64,000 bases of DNA from Thermodesulfobacteriota bacterium. GTDB lineage: Bacteria; Desulfobacterota_D; UBA1144. Position 1 is the stretch's first letter. Each line of letters opens with the position of its first letter. Shown here piece by piece: positions 51,898 through 61,732 of the stretch. Location of the stretch: NCBI GenBank assembly GCA_036340075.1, contig JAYYZJ010000005.1, positions 109,625 to 173,624 of the forward strand, in the 5' to 3' direction. The notes beneath the pieces were generated by a model. That model searched no databases. It worked only from the letters and a program-made list of their open reading frames with translations, and was not told the DNA's origin. The translations under genes and the position numbers were made by a program.

Positions 51898-51972
51898 GTC
51901 TTATTATACAAAAAACAACTAGACCAATAATAATTGACCAAGATGTAATTAAGAAAAATAATGCATCATCGC

Positions 51973-53508
51973 TCATTTTTTAAACACCTTTTTGAATACC
52001 AAAGCAAATATGGCAAGAAAAATTGAAGCTAAAAGTATTCTAGCGAATTTGGACCAAAACGATACTTTAAAAATCATTGAATTTGTACTGGTAATATCTT
52101 GTATTAACCAAGAAAATATTAGAATTATTAGAAACAGAGGTAGAAAGTATTTAAATACTTGATTATAAATTTTTGGAATCTTAATTAAGCTAGCTCTATT
52201 GATTTCTTCAACATGATTTTTTGGAGATATATAAATAATATAGATTGCTATCTCGACCAAGGCTAACACTACTAATAAAACAGTTCCAGCCCAAAAATCA
52301 AATTCTTCAAGGATTTCTGGAACAAATATAACGAAATTAGCAAATAAGAATATCGTTAAAATTACTATAAGGCTTGATTTTTGTTGAGAAAAATCAAATT
52401 CTTCTTTAACAAAAGTTATAACAGGTTGCAAAATTCCTATAGAAGAAGTAAGTCCAGCAATAAACAACAAAAAGAACCATACAAAACCTATAGTTGCCCC
52501 AAACGGTAACCCATCAAAAATTGCTGGCATGGCAATAAATCCTATAGTAAAGGCGCCTGATTGTGCTACTAGGACAGCTCCTGCTATACCTAAAAATGCC
52601 ACAGCTGCAGGAATAACTATAGACCCTCCAAAAACAACTTCAATTAGTTCATTTAATGATGATGATGAGAGTCCACTTAAAGCTATATCTTCATCTTTTC
52701 TTATAAATGATGCATAGGTAACTATTGCTCCAAATCCTAAACTTAAAGTAAAGAAAACTTGTCCTGCAGCAGCTATCCATACTTTTGGATTAGACAAAGA
52801 AGTAAAATCTGGAGACCATAGAAAGTCAAAACCTTTTACCGCAGAAGAAACAGAAGTTTCGATAGTTAGCACGTAAATCACCATAAATATACTCATAAGA
52901 AATAATGCTGGCATTGCAAACTTTACAAACTTTTCTATGCCTTTAGATATACCTTTATGTAAAATTGAATAATTAATTATCAAAGTAAGCAAAAAACAGC
53001 TATAAGCAAAGAAAGAAGGGATTAAGAAAGTATCTTTATTGCCAGAATTACCTGTGTATTCAGTGAAAACATTTTTAAAAAAACTCATCTTTTCTTCAGT
53101 AAGAAATACATCAGATTGCAATTGTCCAAACAATGATTTCATTGAATACCCTAGAGTCCAAGATTCTATATAAATATAATAAATCGAAATAATCAAAGGG
53201 ATCCATATTCCCAATATCGAACCTATTTGAATAATCTTTCCTGAATTTAATTTGGATGAAATTCCAAAAGTTGTCCCTTTACCAATCGAACCACCATGTC
53301 TCCCTATCCCCCATTCAATCCACATCAATGGAATACCTATACAAATAAAACAAATTATATAAGGGAGAAGAAAAGCGCCTCCACCATTTTCAGCTGCTTG
53401 TACTGGGAATCGTAAGAAATTTCCCAACCCTATAGCATTCCCAGCCATTGCTAGAATCAGACCATATTTTGTAACCCAAAAATCTCTACTATTCTCTTGT
53501 TCTGGCAC
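51973..53508 (-). CDS. Sodium-dependent neurotransmitter:sodium symporter family transporter, LeuT-like
   Basis: GLILAMAGNAIGLGNFLRFPVQAAENGGGAF, WIAAAGQVFFTLSLGFG, NE..EV..GG, AGLTSS and DFWAGT motifs; start GTG 53508 or ATG 53526. Confidence 0.93.
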   Translation of the reverse strand: MPEQENSRDFWVTKYGLILAMAGNAIGLGNFLRFPVQAAENGGGAFLLPYIICFICIGIPLMWIEWGIGRHGGSIGKGTTFGISSKLNSGKIIQIGSILGIWIPLIISIYYIYIESWTLGYSMKSLFGQLQSDVFLTEEKMSFFKNVFTEYTGNSGNKDTFLIPSFFAYSCFLLTLIINYSILHKGISKGIEKFVKFAMPALFLMSIFMVIYVLTIETSVSSAVKGFDFLWSPDFTSLSNPKVWIAAAGQVFFTLSLGFGAIVTYASFIRKDEDIALSGLSSSSLNELIEVVFGGSIVIPAAVAFLGIAGAVLVAQSGAFTIGFIAMPAIFDGLPFGATIGFVWFFLLFIAGLTSSIGILQPVITFVKEEFDFSQQKSSLIVILTIFLFANFVIFVPEILEEFDFWAGTVLLVVLALVEIAIYIIYISPKNHVEEINRASLIKIPKIYNQVFKYFLPLFLIILIFSWLIQDITSTNSMIFKVSFWSKFARILLASIFLAIFALVFKKVFKK

Positions 53509-53583
53509 ACTATAAATTAACACCATATTAATAGTCTTGACAAATTTTTTTATAGGCTTATCTTATAGTCTTTCGGAGTTATC

Positions 53584-54075
53584 ATGGCCAAGACTACAAC
53601 AAAACAGAAAACAAAAAATACATCTAAAGTAAGTACTAAAACTAAGATAAAAAAAACAAGTCCAAAGAAAAAACTTGATTCTTTACAGAAATTTAGTGCT
53701 ACATGCTCAAAAAAGAAACTTACCGCTAAATTCAAAAGAGAAATAAAGTCGACTTTAACAACTATGAAAGAAGAAATTCTTAAAGATATTGCTAAAGTGA
53801 TGAAGTCTGAATCTAATCATCTTAAATATGAAGTTGGTGATTTTTATGATAGTGCATCCAATGATAGAGAAAGAGACTTGTCTTTGTCTTTAAATCAAAG
53901 AGATAGACAAAAATTAGCTATGATTGAAGATGCTTTAAATAGAATAGAAAGTGGAACTTATGGTAAATGTCCATATGGAAATGAAGTAATTGACGAAGAA
54001 AGGCTTAGAGCTATGCCCTTCACTAGATATTGTGTCTCTTGCATGGAAGACGAAGCTACAGATAGCGATTTTTAA
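53584..54075 (+). CDS. dksA: DksA/TraR family RNA-polymerase-binding factor
   Basis: GDFYDSA (DxxDxA) coiled-coil tip, AL.RIE.GTYG.C, ERLRAMP..RYC..C; TTGACA/TATCTT promoter and GGAG SD upstream. Confidence 0.88.
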   Translation: MAKTTTKQKTKNTSKVSTKTKIKKTSPKKKLDSLQKFSATCSKKKLTAKFKREIKSTLTTMKEEILKDIAKVMKSESNHLKYEVGDFYDSASNDRERDLSLSLNQRDRQKLAMIEDALNRIESGTYGKCPYGNEVIDEERLRAMPFTRYCVSCMEDEATDSDF

Positions 54076-55099
54076 AAATATTTATTTTTTTAAATGATGG
54101 ATTAAAGATAATACCTTTTTCTGTAATTATTCCTGATATTAAATCTTTAGGCGTTACATCAAAAGCTGGATTAGCACACTTTTTAGAGTTAGATATAAGG
54201 CTCTTATTTATAGTAATTAGTTCCTCAATATTTCTTTCTTCGATTTTGATAGATTTGCCAGATTTTGCAGCAAAATCAAATGTAGATACTGGTGCAGCTA
54301 TAAAAAATGGAATTTTATGAAAGTTGGCAGATATTGCTAATTGATAAGTACCAATCTTATTAGCTGTGTCACCATTGCTAGCTATTCTATCCGCACCTAC
54401 AATTATTAAATCAATTTTTTCTTTCTCAATAATATAAGATGCCATTGAATCAGTAATCAACGTACAATCAATGTTATTTTTTTGACATTCATAAACAGTT
54501 AAACGAGAACCTTGGAGTAATGGCCTGGTTTCAGTTGCAAAAACCCTTATTCCCTTATTCTTTTTATTAGCAAATTTAATAACTCCTAAAGCTGTTCCTG
54601 GTCCAGTAGTTGCTAAAGATCCCGTATTGCAGTGTGTAATAATTTTAGCATTCTTTTTTATTAATTTAGAACCAATTTTTGAAATAGCTGTTGATACAAT
54701 ATTTTCTTCTTTGGCAATTTTGATTGATTCCTTTCGAAAAATAATTAACAACTTTTCATATTTGGTTTCTTTTCCTGAATTGATTATTTTTCTGAATCTT
54801 TCTATAGCCCATGACAAATTAACTGCTGTAGGCCTAGAACACTCTATTAATTCTAATTTAGATAATATCTCTACAGATAGCCTATCGAAGTTTTTAGATT
54901 TTGTTTCTTTTAGTGCTAGGTATGCAGCAAACCCGCCTGCAACACCAATTGCTGGTGCACCTCTTATGCTTAATTCTTTTATTGCTTTAATAACTACTTT
55001 GCTTTTTTCTGTAGATATAATATTTTCTTTAAACGGCAATTTCCTTTGGTCTAATATTTCAACTTTGTCATCCTTGGTAAGTCTTATGGTATCTTTCAT
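54056..55099 (-). CDS. mtnA: S-methyl-5-thioribose-1-phosphate isomerase
   Basis: LDQRKLP, IRGAPAIG, RPTAVNL, THCNTGSLAT, ETRPLLQGSRLT, NKIGTY and NPAFDVTP motifs. Confidence 0.96.
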   Translation of the reverse strand: MKDTIRLTKDDKVEILDQRKLPFKENIISTEKSKVVIKAIKELSIRGAPAIGVAGGFAAYLALKETKSKNFDRLSVEILSKLELIECSRPTAVNLSWAIERFRKIINSGKETKYEKLLIIFRKESIKIAKEENIVSTAISKIGSKLIKKNAKIITHCNTGSLATTGPGTALGVIKFANKKNKGIRVFATETRPLLQGSRLTVYECQKNNIDCTLITDSMASYIIEKEKIDLIIVGADRIASNGDTANKIGTYQLAISANFHKIPFFIAAPVSTFDFAAKSGKSIKIEERNIEELITINKSLISNSKKCANPAFDVTPKDLISGIITEKGIIFNPSFKKINIFKNRYL

Positions 55100-55857
55100 T
55101 ATATTTTATTAATTTCTTTTATAAATGGGGATTTCGGGAACTTGATCTTGTATTCATTTACCAAATCTTCAATTACATAATCATGATCTTCAATCTTAGA
55201 TAAAAAGTAAATCATTAGATATTGAGCTTCATAACTATTTGCAATCATATTTGGAATCGACAACTTTGCATTATCAATTCTGCTATAGGCAGATTTATAC
55301 TCTTTCTTTTTCATATAGAATCTTGAAATATAAATTGCTCTCTTCAAAACAAATTTTCTTGCCGCATTATATATACGTGTTGTTTCTTTAAAGTACTCAC
55401 CTTGCTTAAAATTCTCAGAGAGATTCTTATACATACCTATAATGTTTAATGCAGGCTGGATATCATTATCCTTGCTGCGCATTAATTTTTCATTAGATTT
55501 GAATATTTTATAGGTTGCATAATCAATCCTAGGATGATTTGTTTGATTTTTAATAAATTCTTCATATCGACTAATAGCAAAACCCCACCTTTTTCTCTTA
55601 TATGAGACCTCGCCTGAAAGTAGATAAATCTCTCTAGTGTAGACAGAATATGGATATCTTATTTGTAAGGTAGTTATTAAATCTTCAAGGATTCCATAAT
55701 CGGTTCCCCCAAGTACGAGCCATTTTCTCTTTTTATTTACTTCATTTACAATCGAGTCATATATTTCTTTGTCAGATCCTTTAAGGATAGTAACTTTTGA
55801 TGCACAAGATGTAATAAAAAAAGCTAGGATTATCAATAAAAATGCTCTTAAAAACAT
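55099..55857 (-). CDS. bamD: Outer-membrane assembly lipoprotein BamD-like
   Basis: Lipobox ITSC, YPYS.Y, Y.EFI....HP..DYA.Y, D...A and I.RFY.K...Y..A TPR pattern; divergent. Confidence 0.75.
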   Translation of the reverse strand: MFLRAFLLIILAFFITSCASKVTILKGSDKEIYDSIVNEVNKKRKWLVLGGTDYGILEDLITTLQIRYPYSVYTREIYLLSGEVSYKRKRWGFAISRYEEFIKNQTNHPRIDYATYKIFKSNEKLMRSKDNDIQPALNIIGMYKNLSENFKQGEYFKETTRIYNAARKFVLKRAIYISRFYMKKKEYKSAYSRIDNAKLSIPNMIANSYEAQYLMIYFLSKIEDHDYVIEDLVNEYKIKFPKSPFIKEINKI

Positions 55858-55900
55858 AAATGCTATAATATTTCCCAGAGATTTAAAGTCAAGGTGTAAT

Positions 55901-56881
55901 ATGTCGAATTTTTTGGATTATAAAGAGATAGCAATAATTTCAGGCAATGGTGGAAATGGCATAGCCTCATTTAGAAGAGAAAAATATGTTCCTTTTGGAG
56001 GTCCAGATGGTGGAGATGGTGGAGATGGTGGAAGTATTATTTTTTTAGGAAAAAGCAACTTAAGATCATTAAAAGATTTTAAAAATAAGAAATTGTTTAG
56101 AGCAAAAAATGGAACTAATGGTGGAAAGAAAAATAAGTCTGGAAAAAATGGTAGCAATATAGAAATAAAAGTTCCTTTAGGAACAGAAATTCTTGACATT
56201 CAGAGGAATAAGAAGCTTGCTGATATAACTATTGATGGTCAAAGAGTAGAAATTCTAAGAGGTGGTAAAGGTGGTCTAGGAAATTTAAATTTTAAGTCAT
56301 CAAGAAATCGTGCACCAAGAAAATTCACTCAAGGGAAAAAGGGCTCATCTTTAAAGGTAGCACTAAACCTAAAAACAATAGCTGATATAAGTCTAGTCGG
56401 ATTTCCAAATGTAGGTAAGTCTTCAATAATTCGAAGAATTACAAATTCAAAGGCTGATGTTGGGAATTATCCTTTTACCACAACTTCTCCCAATCTTGGT
56501 GTTTGCAAATTTGATAATGAAGACATTTTAGTTGCTGACATTCCTGGTTTAATAGAAAATGCACATCTTGGTAAAGGCTTAGGACATAAATTTTTAAAAC
56601 ATATAGAAAGATCCCGTATCCTTATAGAGGTCTTAGATTTATCCTGCGAAAACATAGAAGATTTGAATAAACAACATAAGGATTTTATTTATGAATTAAA
56701 TATGTATAACAAAAAACTTAAAAGTAACATAAAGGTCATAGTTTTAAACAAATTCGATTTATGTAAATTTAAAAACAAAATTAAAGATTTTATAGGAATT
56801 AAAAATATTTCTATTATAGAAACTAGCTGTATCAAAGATATTAACTTGGAAAAATTAAAAAATATTATTAAGTCTATCTAA
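55901..56881 (+). CDS. obgE: GTPase ObgE/CgtA
   Basis: GNGGNG..SFRREKYVP.GGPDGGDGG, GFPNVGKS, YPFTT..PNLG, DIPGLIE and NKFD motifs; start set at ATG 55901. Confidence 0.96.
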   Translation: MSNFLDYKEIAIISGNGGNGIASFRREKYVPFGGPDGGDGGDGGSIIFLGKSNLRSLKDFKNKKLFRAKNGTNGGKKNKSGKNGSNIEIKVPLGTEILDIQRNKKLADITIDGQRVEILRGGKGGLGNLNFKSSRNRAPRKFTQGKKGSSLKVALNLKTIADISLVGFPNVGKSSIIRRITNSKADVGNYPFTTTSPNLGVCKFDNEDILVADIPGLIENAHLGKGLGHKFLKHIERSRILIEVLDLSCENIEDLNKQHKDFIYELNMYNKKLKSNIKVIVLNKFDLCKFKNKIKDFIGIKNISIIETSCIKDINLEKLKNIIKSI

Positions 56882-57681
56882 GATTTTGACAATCTTAATT
56901 CTTGTATAAACTTTTTTTTATTTTTTGCTCTCATAATGCTTTCTCCAACTAAAAAATTATTAATTCCTGACATAAACAAGTTTTCAATATCTTTGCTAGA
57001 TTCAATACCACTTTCACTAACTAATATATGATTACTTGATAAACTATTTGCGAGATTGAAAACATTGTCATGATTTACTTCAAAATTTGTCAAATCTCTA
57101 TTGTTTACACCAAAAATCTTTAGTCCAGCATTAACTCCCTTGTTAATGTCATCCTCATCATGGACTTCATATAAAATATCTAAATCATATTCATTGCATA
57201 TTTTAATATAGTCTTTCAACTGACTTTCCTCTAAGATTCTACCAATAAGAAGTATAGCGTCTGCGCCGTACCACTTTGACTGTGGTATTTGATAATCATC
57301 AATAATAAAATCTTTCCTTAAAAGAGGTATCTCTGTAACGGCTCTAACTGAATTTAAATATTCTAACTTACCTTGGAAAAATTTTTCATCGGTTAGAACT
57401 GAAATCGCTGAAGCTCCACCCATCTCAAAATCTCTTGCTAATTCTATCGGTCTAAAATCCTCATCAATTAGTCCCTTTGATGGTGATGCTTTTTTAATTT
57501 CAGCAATAATATTAATGGAGTCATTTTTTGATAGAGCCTTATAAAAATCTCTCTTTTTTTCATTCAAGTTCTCATCATTATTTATTTTTATAAGATTTTC
57601 TAAGTTTGCCAAAGGTAGATTTTCTTTTTGAATATTTACTTCTTCTTTTTTATTTTTTACTATTTCATCTAATATATTCAT
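56878..57681 (-). CDS. trpC: Indole-3-glycerol phosphate synthase
   Basis: IAEIKKASPSKG, SVLTD..FF.G, LRKDFI, GVNNRDL and SESGI motifs. Confidence 0.97.
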   Translation of the reverse strand: MNILDEIVKNKKEEVNIQKENLPLANLENLIKINNDENLNEKKRDFYKALSKNDSINIIAEIKKASPSKGLIDEDFRPIELARDFEMGGASAISVLTDEKFFQGKLEYLNSVRAVTEIPLLRKDFIIDDYQIPQSKWYGADAILLIGRILEESQLKDYIKICNEYDLDILYEVHDEDDINKGVNAGLKIFGVNNRDLTNFEVNHDNVFNLANSLSSNHILVSESGIESSKDIENLFMSGINNFLVGESIMRAKNKKKFIQELRLSKS

Positions 57682-57682
57682 A

Positions 57683-58723
57683 TTAAAAATTTATAATTTC
57701 TGATAATTTCTTCTTTATTTCACCAGAACTTAGAGATGCCTCTACTATTTTACATCCCTCCTCAATTGAATCAGCTTGCCCATATATGTATAACGCCGCT
57801 CCAGCATTCATCTGAATAATGATTCTATCCGAATCTGTATCACTGCCAGAAGTATTATCTGGATGCAAGTTACCAGATAAAATTCTAAGAGCCACCTTTT
57901 TAGATTGTTCGACTGAATCTATTACCGAATTACTTCCTTCACCTATGTTTGAATATCCGAGATCATTTGGACTAATTTCATATTCTTTAATTCTACCATT
58001 ATCCACTTCTACAATGTAAGTAATTGCACAATTTGATATTTCATCCATCCCGTCAGCACCATGAACAACTAAGGCTCTTTCAGAACCTTGCTTAATTAAG
58101 GCATTGGCTACAGGAACCATAAGTCTTTTATCGTAAACACCTAAAAGTTGTTTTTTTGGTCTCAATGGATTAACCAATGGACCCAAAATATTAAATATGG
58201 TTCTTGTTTTAAGTTCTTTCCTAATATGTGCAACGTGCTTCATAGATTTATGAAAATTAGGTGCATACAAAAATGATAAATTTCTATCTTTTATTGATTC
58301 TATAGAGCCCTCTATAGAATCATCAAAATTTATACCAAATGCTTCAATTAAATCTGCGCTTCCAACTTTGCTTGAAACTGAGCGGTTTCCATGTTTTGCA
58401 ACTTTTACGCCTAAAGCAGCTAATATTAATGATGATATAGTAGATACATTTATAGAAGATTTAGAATCTCCTCCTGTTCCGCATAAATCAATTATATCTA
58501 AATTATGACCTTGGCTAGATTTATAACCCAAATTATCTATCAATACACTTGATGCTTGATAAATTTCTTCTGGGGAAGGTTCTTTTTCATTAAGAGCAAG
58601 AAGGAATCCTTTACATTCAGAATCAGGGAGTTCTCCTTTCATCATACTAGCAAATACAAAATTTATTTCATCTGATTCAAGATCATTTTTTTTGGTAAGT
58701 TTCTCAATTATTTCTTCAATCAT
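57683..58723 (-). CDS. trpD: Anthranilate phosphoribosyltransferase
   Basis: D.CGTGGD, NVST, KHGNRSVSS..GSAD, RTIFNILGPL.NP and DGMDE motifs. Confidence 0.97.
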   Translation of the reverse strand: MIEEIIEKLTKKNDLESDEINFVFASMMKGELPDSECKGFLLALNEKEPSPEEIYQASSVLIDNLGYKSSQGHNLDIIDLCGTGGDSKSSINVSTISSLILAALGVKVAKHGNRSVSSKVGSADLIEAFGINFDDSIEGSIESIKDRNLSFLYAPNFHKSMKHVAHIRKELKTRTIFNILGPLVNPLRPKKQLLGVYDKRLMVPVANALIKQGSERALVVHGADGMDEISNCAITYIVEVDNGRIKEYEISPNDLGYSNIGEGSNSVIDSVEQSKKVALRILSGNLHPDNTSGSDTDSDRIIIQMNAGAALYIYGQADSIEEGCKIVEASLSSGEIKKKLSEIINF

Positions 58724-59418
58724 TGGAGAGCTCTTTTTGAGATTGAATCAAGAATGCCATTAATAAAACTACAAGATTCATCAGAACTATATTTCAGTGC
58801 TAAAACAATGGCTTCCTTGATGCTTACAGGTACAGGTATACCTCTAGAAAAAAGTATCTCATAAACAGCTATTCTCAAGATATTTAAATCTACTGAGTTG
58901 ATTCTATCAAATCTCCAGTTTTTAATACTTTGATCTATTTCGTCATCAATTGGTTTAATATTTTTTACGCATCCGCTTATTATTTCTGTTGCTTTATTTT
59001 TAATAATATTTCTTGTGACGATTTTCTTCGAATTTGCGAATAAATCTCGTAAAATCTTATAAAAATCTGAATCATTGTAATCGGTTTTTTCATTTAAATT
59101 ATAATTTCTTAAAAAACTTTTAAATTTATCTTTATTTTCAAGAGGTAAAATTATTTTATTAAATTTATCACTATCAATAATTCTTAAAAAGATTCTATTA
59201 TTCTTTAGAGTTGAGCAACCTATAACTATCATATTATTTTTTTTTATTCTTAACTTCTTAAGCATATAGTAATTATTGATGGGATTCGTACTCCAAAATG
59301 AAAGAATGTTTGATCGAAAATCTATAGGATTAATTGGTTCATCAGAATATCTAACATCTAGGCTATACATAAATCTTAAGGACAATTCTCTTGCTCTTCT
59401 ATTTATCCAATATTTCAT
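58720..59418 (-). CDS. nusB: Transcription antitermination factor NusB with a large internal insertion
   Basis: RRARE....Y N-terminus; ID..I....KNW..DRI..VD..ILR.A.YE...V.I.EA..LA.KY....S..FINGILD C-terminus; follows ribH. Confidence 0.88.
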   Translation of the reverse strand: MKYWINRRARELSLRFMYSLDVRYSDEPINPIDFRSNILSFWSTNPINNYYMLKKLRIKKNNMIVIGCSTLKNNRIFLRIIDSDKFNKIILPLENKDKFKSFLRNYNLNEKTDYNDSDFYKILRDLFANSKKIVTRNIIKNKATEIISGCVKNIKPIDDEIDQSIKNWRFDRINSVDLNILRIAVYEILFSRGIPVPVSIKEAIVLALKYSSDESCSFINGILDSISKRALQ

Positions 59419-59420
59419 AA

Positions 59421-59867
59421 TTACAAATCCTTACAAACTTTAATCAATTCAAGCAAACTTTTTGCTGCTTCAATCGCTCGGTCTTTTGGTCCTCCATCAG
59501 TTCTTGATTTAATAAGCTTCTTATCTGTAACAGACAAAACTCCCGAAGTTATAGGTATATCATATTTTAAGCTTAACTGTATTAAATTGTTAGATACTGA
59601 TTCAGTAATTGTTTGATAATGATTAGTTTTTCCTTTGATGATGCATCCTAAAGCTATAATTCCATCAGGTTTTTTCTTTTTACATATTCTGTTAACAATA
59701 AAAGGTATTTCTAACGAACCCTCGGTCTGAACAATATTTATGTTCAAATTTGACATGGGCACCTCATTTTTAATAACACGAGTTACATTTCTAATTTGTT
59801 TTTCAGAAATATTTTTATAAAACATGCTAGAAACGAGATAAATAGAAAGTTTTGTTTTGCGAGCCAT
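59421..59867 (-). CDS. ribH: 6,7-dimethyl-8-ribityllumazine synthase (divergent)
   Basis: GSLEIP, DGIIALGCIIKG.T.HY and PI..GVL motifs; between ribBA and nusB. Confidence 0.88.
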   Translation of the reverse strand: MARKTKLSIYLVSSMFYKNISEKQIRNVTRVIKNEVPMSNLNINIVQTEGSLEIPFIVNRICKKKKPDGIIALGCIIKGKTNHYQTITESVSNNLIQLSLKYDIPITSGVLSVTDKKLIKSRTDGGPKDRAIEAAKSLLELIKVCKDL

Positions 59868-59897
59868 TGTATATCCTAGTATCAGCTAGTTGCTGTA

Positions 59898-61112
59898 TTA
59901 ATCCACAAGTGTTAATTTATGGCCTAGTTTTCTTTTTTTTGTCTGCAGGTACTTCTCATTATGCTCTCCTGGCTCTATTTCTATTGGAACAATATCGGAA
60001 ATCTTAAGACCAAACCCCTCCAGCGCAACAACTTTTGTAGGATTATTTGTAAGCAATTTAATTTTACTTATTCCCAAGTCACGAAGAATTTGTGCTCCTG
60101 TTCCGTATTCTCTTAAATCAGCCTTAAAACCTAGTGCTGCATTAGCTTCGACTGTGTCTAATCCTTCTTCTTGTAATGAGTACGCCTGAATTTTATGTGC
60201 AATACCTATACCTCTACCTTCTTGTCTTAAATACAAAAGAACTCCATTCCCTTCTTCTTTAATCATTTCAAGAGCTTTATGTAATTGAGAACCACAATCA
60301 CATCTAAAAGAACCAAGTATATCACCAGTTAAACATTCGGAATGAACTCTCACTAGAGTTTCCTTGTTTTTTTTAATCTCTCCTAAAACAAGCGCAACAT
60401 GACTTCGTTTATCAATACTACTCTCATATGTATAACAATGAAAATGACCATAATGACTTGGCAACTCACATGATGCTGTTTGATCAACAAAAGATTCTTG
60501 TTTTAATCTATAACTAATTAAATCAGCTATTGTGGCAATTTTAATCTTGTGTTTTTTTGCAAACTTTTTACAATCATCCAATCTTGCCATTGTTCCATCG
60601 TCATTCATAATTTCACAAATAACAGAACAAGGTTTCAAACCTGCCAATTTAGTTATATCAATTGATGCCTCAGTGTGGCCTGCTCTAACCAAGGTTCCTC
60701 CTTCTCTAGCTACCAAGGGGAACATGTGGCCAGGCCTTTCAAAATCTGAAGCTACACTATTATCATTTGCAACCAGCATAGCAGTTGTGGAACGGTCTTG
60801 AGCTGATATTCCTGTTGTAACATTTTTTTTAGCATCAATTGAAACAGTAAAAGCTGTTGTATCAATATCTTGTTCTTGTTTTAATTTGCTACTCACAGGA
60901 GACAGGTTCAATTTGTCAGCTTTGTCTTTGTCTATAGATAGACATATAAGTCCTCTACCATTTGTTGCCATAAAATTTATAACATCGGGTGTAGCAAATT
61001 CTGCTGCAACAATTAAATCACCCTCATTCTCTCTATTTTTATCATCAACGAGGATAACCATTTTGCCCTTTTTGATATCTTTTATTGCATCTTCTATTTT
61101 TGAAATAGCCAC
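59898..61112 (-). CDS. ribBA: Bifunctional DHBP synthase / GTP cyclohydrolase II
   Basis: [47 protein letters not shown] and LLTNNP.K motifs; GTG start. Confidence 0.97.
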   Translation of the reverse strand: MAISKIEDAIKDIKKGKMVILVDDKNRENEGDLIVAAEFATPDVINFMATNGRGLICLSIDKDKADKLNLSPVSSKLKQEQDIDTTAFTVSIDAKKNVTTGISAQDRSTTAMLVANDNSVASDFERPGHMFPLVAREGGTLVRAGHTEASIDITKLAGLKPCSVICEIMNDDGTMARLDDCKKFAKKHKIKIATIADLISYRLKQESFVDQTASCELPSHYGHFHCYTYESSIDKRSHVALVLGEIKKNKETLVRVHSECLTGDILGSFRCDCGSQLHKALEMIKEEGNGVLLYLRQEGRGIGIAHKIQAYSLQEEGLDTVEANAALGFKADLREYGTGAQILRDLGISKIKLLTNNPTKVVALEGFGLKISDIVPIEIEPGEHNEKYLQTKKRKLGHKLTLVD

Positions 61113-61258
61113 TATAAATTCCGTCCATTAATTATATATATTAGTAAATATATACATAAATATTCAAAAACCAATAGAGTCGGTACTCTGTAATTTTTCT
61201 ATTGACTTTTTAACATCTATATATATTTTAATTGTAGCTCTTGTTTTTGGGGGTTTAG

Positions 61259-61588
61259 ATGATTCTAAATAATAATTCTGTTGAAATAGAAAATATATTC
61301 CTAGTAGAGGGTGATGATGATTTTTCCGATTTTGGGGAAGAGATATTAGAAGACTTAGAAGATGATTTAGACTATGATGAAGATATTTGGGAAGAAGAAA
61401 GTGAAGGCTCTGAAGATGAAATTGAGGACGATTTTTCTATTGATGATGATGATGATGACAAAGAAGACGAGGGAGAATATGAGGAACTTGAAGAAATTGA
61501 TGATTTAGATGATTTAGGGAATATAGAAGAAATTGATGATTTAGAATCAGATTTAGATCAAGATTTTGATGAAAACGAAGAAGACTAA
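61259..61588 (+). CDS. Extremely acidic hypothetical protein
   Basis: 109-aa ORF, 59 Asp/Glu by hand count, one Lys, no Arg; GGGGT SD-like element and TTGACT upstream. Confidence 0.7.
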   Translation: MILNNNSVEIENIFLVEGDDDFSDFGEEILEDLEDDLDYDEDIWEEESEGSEDEIEDDFSIDDDDDDKEDEGEYEELEEIDDLDDLGNIEEIDDLESDLDQDFDENEED

Positions 61589-61732
61589 ATTAATACATGG
61601 GAAATCCAAAAGAAGTTCTACTTAATCCGATAAACAAAGATATCAGAAAATAGTTTATTTACGAAAAGAGGATATGATTTACGGGAAAATCTATTATCTA
61701 ACAACAATCCGAATAGCATTTATGATTTTTTT

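Noticed and set aside
54627..55112. 161-aa plus-strand ORF, and similar track ORFs such as 30588-31064, 26577-26987, 39056-39445, 14412-14756 and 31366-31689
   Set aside because: They lie antisense to well-supported genes, show Ser/Ile/Phe-rich shadow composition and have no recognisable motifs
55769..55900. 44-aa N-terminal extension of ObgE (likewise the track extensions of RsmG, CarA, the MBL hydrolase, Dxr, PyrH and SecF)
   Set aside because: Longest-ORF artefacts overlapping neighbouring genes or promoters; downstream starts fit family N-termini and SD positions
61113..61258. Possible FMN riboswitch upstream of ribBA
   Set aside because: The region is AT-rich with only a 5-bp hairpin (AGAGT-CGGT-ACTCT); no RFN consensus elements are visible
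61486..61550. Direct repeat GAAGAAATTGATGATTTAGA (two copies) resembling a CRISPR or tandem repeat
   Set aside because: In-frame coding repeat (EEIDDL) inside the acidic protein; only two copies and no cas genes
61589..61732. Short ORFs (18 aa plus strand, 33 aa minus strand) between the acidic gene and tRNA-Leu, or an integration scar at the tRNA 3' end
   Set aside because: No SD or motifs, no duplicated tRNA 3' end and no integrase in the window
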